Of a stretch of 64,000 bases of DNA, positions 46,735 to 55,924 are shown piece by piece. The first letter of the stretch is position 1; every line of letters begins with the position of its first letter. The DNA comes from Candidatus Thalassarchaeaceae archaeon (GTDB lineage: Archaea; Thermoplasmatota; Poseidoniia; Poseidoniales; Thalassarchaeaceae): NCBI GenBank assembly GCA_023268715.1, contig JALRLV010000002.1, forward strand, positions 96,617 through 160,616, read 5' to 3'. The notes beneath the pieces are model-generated. The model saw nothing but the letters and a program-made list of their open reading frames with translations. It was not told where the DNA came from and did not search any database. Made by a program: the position numbers and the translations under genes.

Positions 46735-48462
46735 TCACTTCAATTGGCGAATACCTGGTAATCGTCTATCGCCTTTCTGTGTGGTCGGACGAAGTTGAGA
46801 AAATCGTAATTGCTCGCTAACTGATTTATTGGTTGATTCTCTCTCTTCTCCAGAAGCAACCCGTGCCACGACATTGTCTAGCGCGTCTCTGGCTGATGAA
46901 GGGCTGTTAGTGGATGTCATTTCCCTAGCCCTTGAGGCTACATCGGCTTGGTGGTCTTGATCAGAGCGCAACCTGAGAAGTTGGCTAGACCTAAATCTCG
47001 CTTCTCCAGTATAAGCCTCACCATCCTCATCGCCATATACATCGGCATATTGCCTTCTTGGCTGCGGAGGAGAAAGTAACGAAGCAATCCAATTTTGTTT
47101 TCTTGGCTTACCTGCCGAACTTCGAACCCGACCATTGGTCATACTATTGGCCAGCTTTGACACTGCAGGGAATTCCTCCTCGAAGTTTTCGGGGTTGGTA
47201 TTTGGGATTGATAATGCTTGACTTTGGTTCTCGGTATGCCAAGCAGAACGTGCCTTTGCCGTCTTTACTAATCCTGGCTTACACTCCTCACGTACAGCAT
47301 TTTGTGTTGGACTTGGAAGACTCCATGTCGGAGAACTGTTTGCTTCAGATTGGCCGTGACGCGATTGTGCTGATCTAATCATCTGTGAACTTGATACTGG
47401 CCTATCTGAATTAGGTGTTGTCGGTGGTGAATATGAGGCCGGAGTCGTGATGCCTGTTGTTGCCGGAGCAGGAGTTGCAGGGGCATCATCGAAGAGAGAG
47501 AAATCCATACTTGGTTCAGAATTTTCATAATTCGTAGGGTTAGGATTGCTCGCAGGTGAATTAACTCCGAATAGCCCGCCTTCTCCAAACATTGAACCCA
47601 TAGCATCTGAGAAAGCCTCGTCAAGTCTATCCTCCTGTGATGGATCTTTTTCGTGATACCATTCAGGTGGTTCTTCACGACCCCAAGCCCTCTCGTAAGC
47701 GGAGCGAGAATCTGTAGATGTAGTCGGATAATTTGTGGCTGTAGCAGGTGTTGGATCTAAGGCATCTAGGGAAGCAAAAATTCCACCCTCCTGTGAAACA
47801 GGTTGTGAAAACGAAGGTTGAGCGGCAACAGAAGCCGTTGGTATTGAGGTAGTTAATCCATTAGAGTGGGAAATCATAGGTACTGGTTCAGCCTCAATAA
47901 TGTTCGATTCAGAATTATCTATGGTGTCTGGTGCGTTGAGAAGAGCCTTTGGCTGGTTTTGTGCAAGCAATCGTTCTCTCTCTTCTTCCAATTGTTGTAG
48001 ACCTGCCTTTGCTTCTTCGATTGTACAACCATGCATAACACGGTCGACCATCATACACAATCGAAGTAATTCTGACTGTGTCCCTGTGACGAGGTATTTG
48101 TCTCCGGCATTAGTCTCGATTGACAATACAGGATTCTTCAATTTAAGATAGCCAAACACCGAAAGCGCACCTGTTGCTGCTACTGCCCAACCAATTGGAG
48201 GAGTGATTATTGTTGCACCTACCCAGACCCCAACAGTTCCGATGGTTAGGAAACTATTCGGTAATTTTGCTAAGTTGATATTTCTTAAAGTTGAGATGTT
48301 GGAGAGATTGATTCTGATTCCATATCCTGAGTAGTCCTCAAAGGTTAGCTGTCGCTCTGTGAGGATTCCGCAAAATCTCCCACTTATGCCGACTAGATTG
48401 AGGTTGTCGAATAGTTCCGAATCTCCTTCATCCAGTCGGGCATTACGCCCGGCTGAGTACAT
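46735..48462 (-). CDS. Hypothetical membrane protein with a long Ser/Pro/Thr/Asn-rich disordered region
   Basis: 575 aa. A TM hairpin (LTIGTVGVWVGATIITPPIGWAVAATGALSVFGYL) is embedded in a small N-terminal globular domain. A coiled-coil segment and ~350 aa of low-complexity sequence follow. Confidence 0.6.
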   Translation of the reverse strand: MYSAGRNARLDEGDSELFDNLNLVGISGRFCGILTERQLTFEDYSGYGIRINLSNISTLRNINLAKLPNSFLTIGTVGVWVGATIITPPIGWAVAATGALSVFGYLKLKNPVLSIETNAGDKYLVTGTQSELLRLCMMVDRVMHGCTIEEAKAGLQQLEEERERLLAQNQPKALLNAPDTIDNSESNIIEAEPVPMISHSNGLTTSIPTASVAAQPSFSQPVSQEGGIFASLDALDPTPATATNYPTTSTDSRSAYERAWGREEPPEWYHEKDPSQEDRLDEAFSDAMGSMFGEGGLFGVNSPASNPNPTNYENSEPSMDFSLFDDAPATPAPATTGITTPASYSPPTTPNSDRPVSSSQMIRSAQSRHGQSEANSSPTWSLPSPTQNAVREECKPGLVKTAKARSAWHTENQSQALSIPNTNPENFEEEFPAVSKLANSMTNGRVRSSAGKPRKQNWIASLLSPPQPRRQYADVYGDEDGEAYTGEARFRSSQLLRLRSDQDHQADVASRAREMTSTNSPSSARDALDNVVARVASGEERESTNKSVSEQLRFSQLRPTTQKGDRRLPGIRQLK

Positions 48463-48586
48463 CCCGCTTAACCGAGCGCCTCCTCGAGGCTATAACTGCT
48501 CGGGAAGGTGAGCAGTGTTAGAGGCGCCTTGCGTGCGCGTGAGACGAGCGCCGAGAGCCCCGTGTTTGGGGCTCGAAAAAACGAAA

Positions 48587-49609
48587 CTAGGCTTGTTCGA
48601 TAGTTTCCACTCTACCAATAATTCTCATCGGCATAGCGTCGAGTTGTGTAATCAATATTTCTGTCGAGCCTTCGGCTCTAATCCAGAGAGGACTCTCCCA
48701 TTCAACAGAAATTATTTCTCCATCAACTTGCTTTATTCTGCCTACAACGAATTGCAAATCAACTGCGGCATGGATTACATCTTCAGTTGTTAATTTCCTC
48801 TTTTGGAATGGCGCATTTTTGATTTTTATTTTTGAATTATCATGGCGATTTAGTGCCTGTGATTCAGGATGAACAATCATGCATCCACGGTGTAGTGCCT
48901 CCTCTCTTAGGTTCCTCAACGCAACTCCAACACGATCACCTGCAATAGCCGAATCAACATCATCATCCATTACTTGTAGAGATCTAACCACACCGGTTTC
49001 GTTTGCTGGCAAAATTACAACTTCATCGTGTTTGTTTACTGTGCCTGATTGAACATAACCAATTGCAACTAATCCCACTCCTTTGACATTGAAATGTTGG
49101 TCAACAGGCAATACCATTTTTGTGGAGTTATTTTTCCCTCCAACCGCAAGCATATGCTGATACAATTCTTCTCTGATATCATGTGAATCAGGGACTGATT
49201 CATACAACTTCCAAGTCTCCAGACCAGCCTGTGATAGAATCATATTGACTTGTTCTGAATCTACCCATTGTCCCTCAGAAGGATTGATGATAGCAATCCC
49301 TCTTTCTATTCCCGCTGCGCCAAAAGACACCAAAATCTCGCCTAACGCCGCATCGACATTTGTTATTTCTACAATACCAACCTCGGCAACATTGAGAACA
49401 GATAATAGAGGTCTAAGTCTCTCTGGATGCCTTAGTGGGCGAAGTAAAGAAAGAACATAGGTTTCATCCTCTCGCTGTTCTTTGTACACATACGATTCAA
49501 TATCTCGAACATCGTTAGACTTCGCTAAGGATCTGGCGAGTTCTTCACTGCCTACAAAGGCGACATTCAGCACCGGCATGGATTGCGCGGGCGGAGATAT
49601 AGTCATCAA
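48587..49609 (-). CDS. EF-Tu/SelB-like protein with a degenerate GTPase domain
   Basis: 340 aa. The segment MVLPVDQHFNVKGVGLVAIGYVQSGTVNKHDEVVILP..GVVRSLQVMDDDVDSAIAGDRVGVALRN is a clear EF-Tu domain II. In the N-terminal domain, G1 is replaced by VAFVGSEELARS, G3 (DxPGH) by RPLRHPE and G4 (NKxD) by INPSE. Confidence 0.65.
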   Translation of the reverse strand: MMTISPPAQSMPVLNVAFVGSEELARSLAKSNDVRDIESYVYKEQREDETYVLSLLRPLRHPERLRPLLSVLNVAEVGIVEITNVDAALGEILVSFGAAGIERGIAIINPSEGQWVDSEQVNMILSQAGLETWKLYESVPDSHDIREELYQHMLAVGGKNNSTKMVLPVDQHFNVKGVGLVAIGYVQSGTVNKHDEVVILPANETGVVRSLQVMDDDVDSAIAGDRVGVALRNLREEALHRGCMIVHPESQALNRHDNSKIKIKNAPFQKRKLTTEDVIHAAVDLQFVVGRIKQVDGEIISVEWESPLWIRAEGSTEILITQLDAMPMRIIGRVETIEQA

Positions 49610-49643
49610 ATCGACGGGTAGAAATTATCGAGAATGGTTTCAT

Positions 49644-50057
49644 ATGAAATATCAAGAGTGGATAATTATGGAAGGAGAGCGACCAAGGGTAGTGGTTCTA
49701 AATCAAGCAGCCAATTCTGGCGGAGATATAGGAAATGGAACCGCATCACATCTCTGCGGCTCTTTGCTAAATATTGTAACTCCTGGTTTGTGTTGGATTA
49801 TCCCACTGGTTCTCTATTCGACCAACAAAAATGAAGACCCCATCTTGAAACATCATCTCGCACAATCTCTCAATGCATCTATCACCTTTTCATTGGCTCT
49901 ACTAGTTCATACTGTACTGATGATCCTCTGTCTTGGATTCATTACTGCGCTTGCACATTGGATAATGTATCTTCTTTGGTCGGTCAATGCGAATAACGCC
50001 CTAAAGGCAGGACAGATGTACGATTATCCCTTTACAATCAATTTTGTGAGTCCGTAG
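49644..50057 (+). CDS. DUF4870-like small membrane protein
   Basis: The ATG at 49644 is preferred, because the track ORF from 49482 overlaps the neighbouring gene start. It has three TM helices. HHLAQSLNASITF and AGQMYDYPFTINF resemble the DUF4870 signature. Confidence 0.55.
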   Translation: MKYQEWIIMEGERPRVVVLNQAANSGGDIGNGTASHLCGSLLNIVTPGLCWIIPLVLYSTNKNEDPILKHHLAQSLNASITFSLALLVHTVLMILCLGFITALAHWIMYLLWSVNANNALKAGQMYDYPFTINFVSP

Positions 50058-50059
50058 AA

Positions 50060-50536
50060 TTAGCGCATAGCATCTCTTGCTCGCTGTGCTTGAGTCCAGA
50101 GGTCTTTCTCCTCGTCACTAGTTGCAGTGAATTGCGGGACCTCGACTGGTCGCATTGAGTCATCGATTGCAACCATGAAAAAGAACCCAGAGCAAATCTC
50201 CTCAGGGTCCCAATTGGAACGTGTCATTCTGCATGATTTCACCAAGACCCCAACGGTCCTCCGGCTGGTCCAGACAACCCTTGCTATTGTTCTAATTACA
50301 TCGCCTTGGTAAGCCGGTCGCTTGAATTTCAATGCGTCAACCGAGACGGTCACAAATTCATTGTGAGCGAATTGGCTAGCCGCCATTCCAGCGGCTGTGT
50401 CCATTATTGACATCAGGCGACCGCCGAATAGCGTATCTAGGGCATTTGTATCTCCTGGAAAAACTTCATTCAGTAGCACGACGGGTTCGGAGGAGCGTGG
50501 TTCAGCCATCTCTCTCAGATACCTCCGCACACTCAC
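50060..50536 (-). CDS. Acyl-CoA thioesterase (hotdog fold, YciA-like)
   Basis: 158 aa. Contains PGDTNALDTLFGGRLMSIMDTAAGMAA and a downstream beta-sheet pattern. Confidence 0.75.
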   Translation of the reverse strand: MSVRRYLREMAEPRSSEPVVLLNEVFPGDTNALDTLFGGRLMSIMDTAAGMAASQFAHNEFVTVSVDALKFKRPAYQGDVIRTIARVVWTSRRTVGVLVKSCRMTRSNWDPEEICSGFFFMVAIDDSMRPVEVPQFTATSDEEKDLWTQAQRARDAMR

Positions 50537-50602
50537 CCTCCTTCAATCCAACCACCGCAGGATAGGCTTTGAAAGCGATTATTCGACCGTTCAAGTCAAG
50601 CC

Positions 50603-51433
50603 ATGCAGACGATTCGGGAGATTATGGGCGAAGGTAAATTGGTTTGGGAACCGGTGATTTTCGATGACCCGGATGGTGGCAGAATTCTGCTATGGCCACA
50701 CTTACCTTGCGTCCGAATGCCAAATGTACTCCGAACTAGGGAACACTGGGATGGAATAGCTTTGCTGGCATCCGAGGATGAAATTAATGGATGGCCTCAG
50801 GAGCAAAAGGAAGATCAAGAAAGCCCTGGAATACATGTCGCTGCAGCCATGGCTTCTGGCACAGTTCTCGGTCGCCTTTTGGATGACTTAACAATATACG
50901 AAGTCGATGGCCCAACAATTCCAGATCCTGAACCTATGAGATTATTACATCATGCAAATAACGCTCGTGGAGGTTTACCTGTATACGCATTAGAACCTTC
51001 AATGGAGGATGAAGAATGGGTAGATTGGATGACTCGTGCTGCTGATGAACAGGTATCTATGTCTTCACTGATTTCTAGCGTTACAATCGGTAGGCGTTGG
51101 AAAAAATTACGAAGTGCAAAAGCAAGTCTTGTCGAGGCAGGAAAGGGTGTAGATGCTGAATTAGGTGCTGCAGCAGCCTCGAGCGCAACTTGGTGGCAAG
51201 AGGAAAACAGAGGCCTTACTGCCGAATTAATCTCCGAACGGTCATCTCGAATTGTCTCGAGAATCAGGGGTGCTCTTGCAGACCTTAGAGAGGGCAGAGT
51301 TGATGACTCGGATATAACAGGGCCATCCCTGATGGTTCCGGTCCATCAACCACGACTGCCCTCACTATTGAGTGCCTTCGATGGTTATCCGGATTCCGAA
51401 ACCATACAACCGATACAAACTAAGGAGGCCTAG
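50603..51433 (+). CDS. Hypothetical protein (first gene of a three-gene operon)
   Basis: 276 aa and acidic, with no recognised motif. Its stop lies 2 nt before the next ATG, and an AGGAGG lies just upstream of that ATG. Confidence 0.55.
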   Translation: MQTIREIMGEGKLVWEPVIFDDPDGGRILLWPHLPCVRMPNVLRTREHWDGIALLASEDEINGWPQEQKEDQESPGIHVAAAMASGTVLGRLLDDLTIYEVDGPTIPDPEPMRLLHHANNARGGLPVYALEPSMEDEEWVDWMTRAADEQVSMSSLISSVTIGRRWKKLRSAKASLVEAGKGVDAELGAAAASSATWWQEENRGLTAELISERSSRIVSRIRGALADLREGRVDDSDITGPSLMVPVHQPRLPSLLSAFDGYPDSETIQPIQTKEA

Positions 51434-51435
51434 AT

Positions 51436-51966
51436 ATGGACGAAGACACACGGATAAGAGTCAATGTTGAGACTCAAACATTCCGGTTCATCCCAGGTAA
51501 GCCAATAAATCATGATGATGCTGTTAGAATTGCAAACGGCATCAAGTCTGGGCCATGGGTGGTGATTAGTCACAAGGAACCTAGGGCAACCTTCGTAGTA
51601 GAGGAGGTGGGTAGCGTATTAGTTCATGGAATCGCTCGATTGGAGGTTGCCCGATTAGTCATTCAAGAACTGCTACTCAGTCTTGGAATGTCTGAAGAAG
51701 GATTACACTCAGAAGCCGGAGATATCTTGGTTAGTTTCTCATTTGGTCGAGCGGTTTTACTGGACTTGGCTGCGGCCCGATTTGCAGATATAGAAAAGGA
51801 TGAGAGAGTCGGTTGTATCCGAATAGACGCAAATAGACACAACTGCAATCTTCTGGTATTCAATAATGGCCATGGAGTTGTAACTGGCCAATCCTCCAAA
51901 CGAGTCGCCGAGATGGCAGTTCGCCATTGGGTCGAACAGTTAGATGAGGAAGGCGCATTGGCATGA
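51436..51966 (+). CDS. Divergent TATA-binding-protein-fold (TBP-like) protein
   Basis: 176 aa with two ~88-aa halves. The second half reads GDILVSFSFGRAVLLDLAAARFADIE...GCIRIDANRHNCNLLVFNNGHGVVTGQSSKRVAEMAV. This mirrors the TBP repeat pattern (I.NIVAS..LG..LDL..IA ... LIFsSGKiVcTGAKS). The first half is weaker (ATFVVEEVGSVLVHGIARLE). Confidence 0.5.
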   Translation: MDEDTRIRVNVETQTFRFIPGKPINHDDAVRIANGIKSGPWVVISHKEPRATFVVEEVGSVLVHGIARLEVARLVIQELLLSLGMSEEGLHSEAGDILVSFSFGRAVLLDLAAARFADIEKDERVGCIRIDANRHNCNLLVFNNGHGVVTGQSSKRVAEMAVRHWVEQLDEEGALA

Positions 51967-52856
51967 GTTTCATCGTCGACGGGCACTGGACAGGCCCAGT
52001 CGTCGACCAACATATCCACCTAGATCGCTCGAACCGATATCTTTCAGCGATTGAAGAATTTGTTCGAGTTGGTGGGACTGGAATAATGTTAGTTCACAAA
52101 CCAGAGTTTAGTGGGCCCTTACCCATCGACAAAGAAGGCTATCGTAGAGCCTATTCTGAAACGATTTCGATGGCGGAAGAGGTAAGGAAAAAATTTGCAA
52201 TTACAGTCGGAGCAGTAATCGGCCCTCACCCTGTTGCATGGGAGCGCCAAATAACTGAGTTGGGGATTGATAGAGCAAGCGAATTACATCTAGAATCAGT
52301 CGATCTAGCTCTAGAGTTAATCGAGCAAGGAAAGGCACACTGCCTTGGTGAAGTTGGAAGGCCGCATTACGAAGTTAGCGAGGAAAGATGGACTCAAGCA
52401 AATGAAAATCTATCCCATATTATGGCCGAAGCCGCAATTTCAAAAGTACCCATTCAACTACACGTCGAAGATGCTGGTGAACAAACCTACTCTGAAATTT
52501 CCCAATTGGCAAATCAGTCAGGAATTCCTCTCTCGAAGACCGTTAGGCATTATGCCCCTCCTGATGTATCTGCTAATTTCACCCATGGATTAGCCTGCAC
52601 TGTGAGTGTTGGTCGAGGTAGCGTTGAGGGATTACTGTCAACTCATGCAAATGCCTCAGCACCATGGGGCATGGAGACCGACTTCCTAGACGATCCCCGG
52701 CGACCTGGTGCTGTTCTTGGGCCCAAAACAATTCCCAAAAGAACGGACGAATTGTGCTCTGCTCTCCTTGTCGAAAACGACCCGAATGATGTAGAAAATT
52801 TGCTCTTGAAAATACATTCTGAGTGGCCAAGCAAATTATACGGCCTCGATTTCTAA
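51963..52856 (+). CDS. TatD-related metal-dependent hydrolase (TIM barrel, archaeal COG1099-like)
   Basis: 297 aa. Contains VDQHIHLD, GEVGRPHY, IQLHVED and ETDFLDDP motifs. Its ATG overlaps the upstream stop (ATGA). Confidence 0.6.
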   Translation: MSFIVDGHWTGPVVDQHIHLDRSNRYLSAIEEFVRVGGTGIMLVHKPEFSGPLPIDKEGYRRAYSETISMAEEVRKKFAITVGAVIGPHPVAWERQITELGIDRASELHLESVDLALELIEQGKAHCLGEVGRPHYEVSEERWTQANENLSHIMAEAAISKVPIQLHVEDAGEQTYSEISQLANQSGIPLSKTVRHYAPPDVSANFTHGLACTVSVGRGSVEGLLSTHANASAPWGMETDFLDDPRRPGAVLGPKTIPKRTDELCSALLVENDPNDVENLLLKIHSEWPSKLYGLDF

Positions 52857-53080
52857 TTTGCTTTATCAAAAGGCGATTTTAATTCTGGAGTAAATGTCAA
52901 CATACCTCCTGAAATAAATAGGATTAGGAATCCAAAGAATAGTTGTAAATCACCCCAAGGCAGACTATTTCCCGATAATTCAAAGATCATCTTCCAAAGT
53001 GGAATATTAATTGGTAAAAAGATGAATAATATCGCGATACCGAGCCTCTGCCTTAGAAGCATAAGTGGCCGAAAAGCCAC
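52853..53080 (-). CDS. Small two-TM membrane protein (hypothetical)
   Basis: 75 aa with two hydrophobic helices. No recognised motif. Confidence 0.35.
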   Translation of the reverse strand: MAFRPLMLLRQRLGIAILFIFLPINIPLWKMIFELSGNSLPWGDLQLFFGFLILFISGGMLTFTPELKSPFDKAN

Positions 53081-53161
53081 TCCTTTTTCAAATTCAGCGA
53101 CCTCTGTGGCTAAGTTATCGCACCGAATCGGTCAAAGACTAGTCCTCATTCGGCGGGTTGC

Positions 53162-53235
53162 GCGTTCGTGGTGTAGGGGTAGCACAAGAGGTTTCCAACC
53201 TCTTTGCCCGGGTTCAAATCCCGGCGAGCGCACCA
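53162..53235 (+). tRNA. tRNA-Gly (anticodon UCC), CCA encoded
   Basis: Manual cloverleaf: GCGTTCG TG GTGT AGGGGTA GCAC A AGAGG TTTCCAA CCTCT TTGC CCGGG TTCAAAT CCCGG CGAGCGC A CCA. Confidence 0.9.
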
Positions 53236-53315
53236 AATATCTCAACATAGCCGTGCAGACCTTTGGTCTGCACGATACTGAAGGATTCATAGGCCACAGC
53301 GCAGGGGCTGAAATA

Positions 53316-55202
53316 ATGACACAGGCTATGGCCGATGGTATCGCAAGGGATTCGTCCGATAAGCAGGACGAATCTCAAGTCATTGGTCGCCAAATATGGA
53401 GAATCATCCCATACGTTACAAGATATTGGCAAAGGGCATTAGGAGGACTTTTATCCAATATGGGTGCTAGGGTCTTTGACCTAATCCCATTCATTGCAAT
53501 TGGGATGGCTGCGGATTACTACAATCCTGACAACCCCCAATTTACTGATTCAAGAATTGAAAGTTTTGTCACTCTCGATATCTTCCCCTCACTAGGTCCG
53601 ATTAGTTCAGTTGAATTGGGATTTGGTGCATTAATTCTCTTATCTTTTGTTGTGTTAGCAATTTTTCAGGGACTGAGTAATCAGTTGTGGCAATCGATTG
53701 CTTACATGGCCCAACATGACATCAGAATGGATGCGACTCGATCGTTGCTAAACATGGAAGCCTCCTACTTTGAAACCAGACAAACTGGAAATTTAATGTC
53801 AGTACTGTCTGCTGATGTGGCACAATTAGAAGACGTAATTTCAGACTCAAGCACCAGTATAATTAGAATATTTACAACCCTATTAACCGCTTTTGCAATT
53901 TTATTTTGGATGTCTCCAACACTATGTGCGATACTATTCACCCCTTTTATTCTGATTGTTCCAATGGTAATTTGGTTTTCAACAAGGGTTCAGAGAAAAT
54001 ATCGAAAACAGCGTGAGAGCACAGGAGGAATCGTAGCAATACTTGAGAATGTTCTCGCCGGAATAACTGTTGTTCAGGCTTACAATTCAACCCGATTTGA
54101 AATGGACAGAATAGATGGTCAAAGTGCAGATTACAGAGATCAAGCAATTGAAGCAGCATTCATCAGAAACAGGTTTATTCCTGGTTTCCACATTGTTGCA
54201 GGTATTTCCTTTGGTCTATTGGTCTCTGCGGGAGGTTGGTTGATGAGTTCAGGGGATATTAGTGTTGGTCAATTTGTCACTTTTCTTTTAATTTCCACCA
54301 GAATGACAATGCCTCTTTGGATCCTAGGAATGTTGCTAAATCAATTACAAAGAGGCGAAGCAGCCTCACGCAGGGTATTCGCATTGATAGATCTGGAACC
54401 CTCGATTTCTGATTCTGAAGAGGCCGTGGAATTAACTCAACCAATATCTTCCATTTCTTTTGACTCGGTCACATTTGCATATCCTGGCACCTCAATCAAT
54501 GTCTTGAATGATGTATCATTCAAAGTTGATTCTGGAGGATTTTTAGGAATAATGGGCCATACAGGGGCAGGTAAATCGACCATTCTGAAATTGTCAGAAA
54601 AGTTCTACCAACCACAATCAGGCCAGGTTAGAATCAATGGCCAAGACATATCGGATTTCACAATACATTCTGTTCGTTCACGAATAGGCTTTGTCAGTCA
54701 AGACCCATTCCTATTCTTCGGAACAATCAGAGACAACGTTGCATATGCTCGCGAGGCTAGCGATGAAGATGTAAAGATAGCATTAGAAACTGCTGGTGCT
54801 TGGGAATTTGTTGCTGAAATGGAGAATGAAATGAACACAATGGTAGGAGACAGGGGAGTCAGACTCTCAGGGGGCCAACGAGCAAGAATTAGCCTTGCCC
54901 GAGCTCTGCTCATGAATCCTGATGTGTTGATTCTTGACGAGGCGAGCGCTGCTCTGGATGCAGAGACGGAGAAGAGAATTCAACAATCACTATTCGGTGG
55001 AGGAAATGGTTCCAATGGTAAGAAGAGAATCACAATTGGTGTTGCTCACCGATTGGCAACTATACGAAACGCCGACGAGATAATTTCTATGGTTGACGGA
55101 GCAATTGTAGAACGTGGTACTCATGAAGAATTACTCGTAAATGACAGTGTTTATGCTTCCCAATGGGCAATTCAAACCGGCCAAATTGAAGCAGAGGATT
55201 GA
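53316..55202 (+). CDS. ABC exporter, fused permease-ATPase (MsbA/multidrug type)
   Basis: It has six TM helices, GHTGAGKST (Walker A), LSGGQRARISLARAL (signature) and LILDEASAALD (Walker B). The ATG at 53316 is chosen because the track ORF from 53022 runs through the tRNA. Confidence 0.9.
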   Translation: MTQAMADGIARDSSDKQDESQVIGRQIWRIIPYVTRYWQRALGGLLSNMGARVFDLIPFIAIGMAADYYNPDNPQFTDSRIESFVTLDIFPSLGPISSVELGFGALILLSFVVLAIFQGLSNQLWQSIAYMAQHDIRMDATRSLLNMEASYFETRQTGNLMSVLSADVAQLEDVISDSSTSIIRIFTTLLTAFAILFWMSPTLCAILFTPFILIVPMVIWFSTRVQRKYRKQRESTGGIVAILENVLAGITVVQAYNSTRFEMDRIDGQSADYRDQAIEAAFIRNRFIPGFHIVAGISFGLLVSAGGWLMSSGDISVGQFVTFLLISTRMTMPLWILGMLLNQLQRGEAASRRVFALIDLEPSISDSEEAVELTQPISSISFDSVTFAYPGTSINVLNDVSFKVDSGGFLGIMGHTGAGKSTILKLSEKFYQPQSGQVRINGQDISDFTIHSVRSRIGFVSQDPFLFFGTIRDNVAYAREASDEDVKIALETAGAWEFVAEMENEMNTMVGDRGVRLSGGQRARISLARALLMNPDVLILDEASAALDAETEKRIQQSLFGGGNGSNGKKRITIGVAHRLATIRNADEIISMVDGAIVERGTHEELLVNDSVYASQWAIQTGQIEAED

Positions 55203-55204
55203 GC

Positions 55205-55924
55205 ATGTCCGTCGAATGGGTCCCCGTTGCTCCGGGGAGAACCAAGATTGGAAGTGATAACCGCTCAATCTTGTTTGGAGGAATCGGACCAAAACACATG
55301 GTTGAGATAAGCTATCGATATTCAATCGCTAAACATCCTATTCGAATTGAAGAGGTTGACAAAATAATTCAATCCGAAAAAGCAGATTTGGCGAGTGAAT
55401 CAGAATGGAAATTGGCTCTAGATCGAGAGGCAATTACTGGCGATCAAGAACTCGAGAAACTTTCTGATTGTTGTAAAGGACATTACCGGGGTAAAGCACT
55501 GGATGGAAGGCCTCATTTGATAGATGATTGGACGTTCCACATTGCAAAACAATGGTCTTCAGGCAAACCTACCACCAGATTGTTGGCTAAAGGTTCAACG
55601 AAACTAAAATTTGCACGATTGGTAAAAAGAGAAGGAGAATCAGAGTTCGAGGAGGACCCCCAGAGAATACCTGCTAATCGAGATACTGCGAGCCTACTAA
55701 AGGAAGAAATAGTAATCGCCTTGATTGTTGGAATCATTCCTTCATTTGTTTGGGCCTACTTCAACGCAAGTGAAGGATATATCGAAACAGGATGGCCGGG
55801 ATTAGTTTTTGGAGGAATAATTCTTGGTTTGCTTTCAATGATTTTCTGGCGTCCGAAAACCACTTCCTATCGATTAGGTAGAGATTGTGGAAAGGTCAAA
55901 CCTAATCGTGATAAGTCACTGTGA
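55205..55924 (+). CDS. Hypothetical membrane-anchored protein (weak FGE/SUMF1-like N-terminus)
   Basis: The start region overlaps the ABC exporter stop. WVPVAPGRTKIGSD...HMVEISYRYSIAKHPI resembles the start of an FGE-sulfatase domain, but the rest does not. Two C-terminal TM helices are present. Confidence 0.45.
   Translation: MSVEWVPVAPGRTKIGSDNRSILFGGIGPKHMVEISYRYSIAKHPIRIEEVDKIIQSEKADLASESEWKLALDREAITGDQELEKLSDCCKGHYRGKALDGRPHLIDDWTFHIAKQWSSGKPTTRLLAKGSTKLKFARLVKREGESEFEEDPQRIPANRDTASLLKEEIVIALIVGIIPSFVWAYFNASEGYIETGWPGLVFGGIILGLLSMIFWRPKTTSYRLGRDCGKVKPNRDKSL

Noticed and set aside
48555-48581. Hairpin GAGCCCC-GTGTTT-GGGGCTC adjacent to an A6/T6 run, in a GC-rich 124-nt spacer.
   Set aside because: On the transcribed (minus) strand the T-run precedes rather than follows the hairpin, so this is not a canonical intrinsic terminator. 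The oligo-T alone may terminate the EF-Tu-like gene. I found no C/D or H/ACA box motifs to call an sRNA.
53022-53315. The N-terminal 98 codons of the 726-aa track ORF for the ABC transporter.
   Set aside because: This extension reads straight through a well-formed tRNA-Gly(UCC) gene (53162-53235). The ATG at 53316 gives a normal-length ABC half-transporter.
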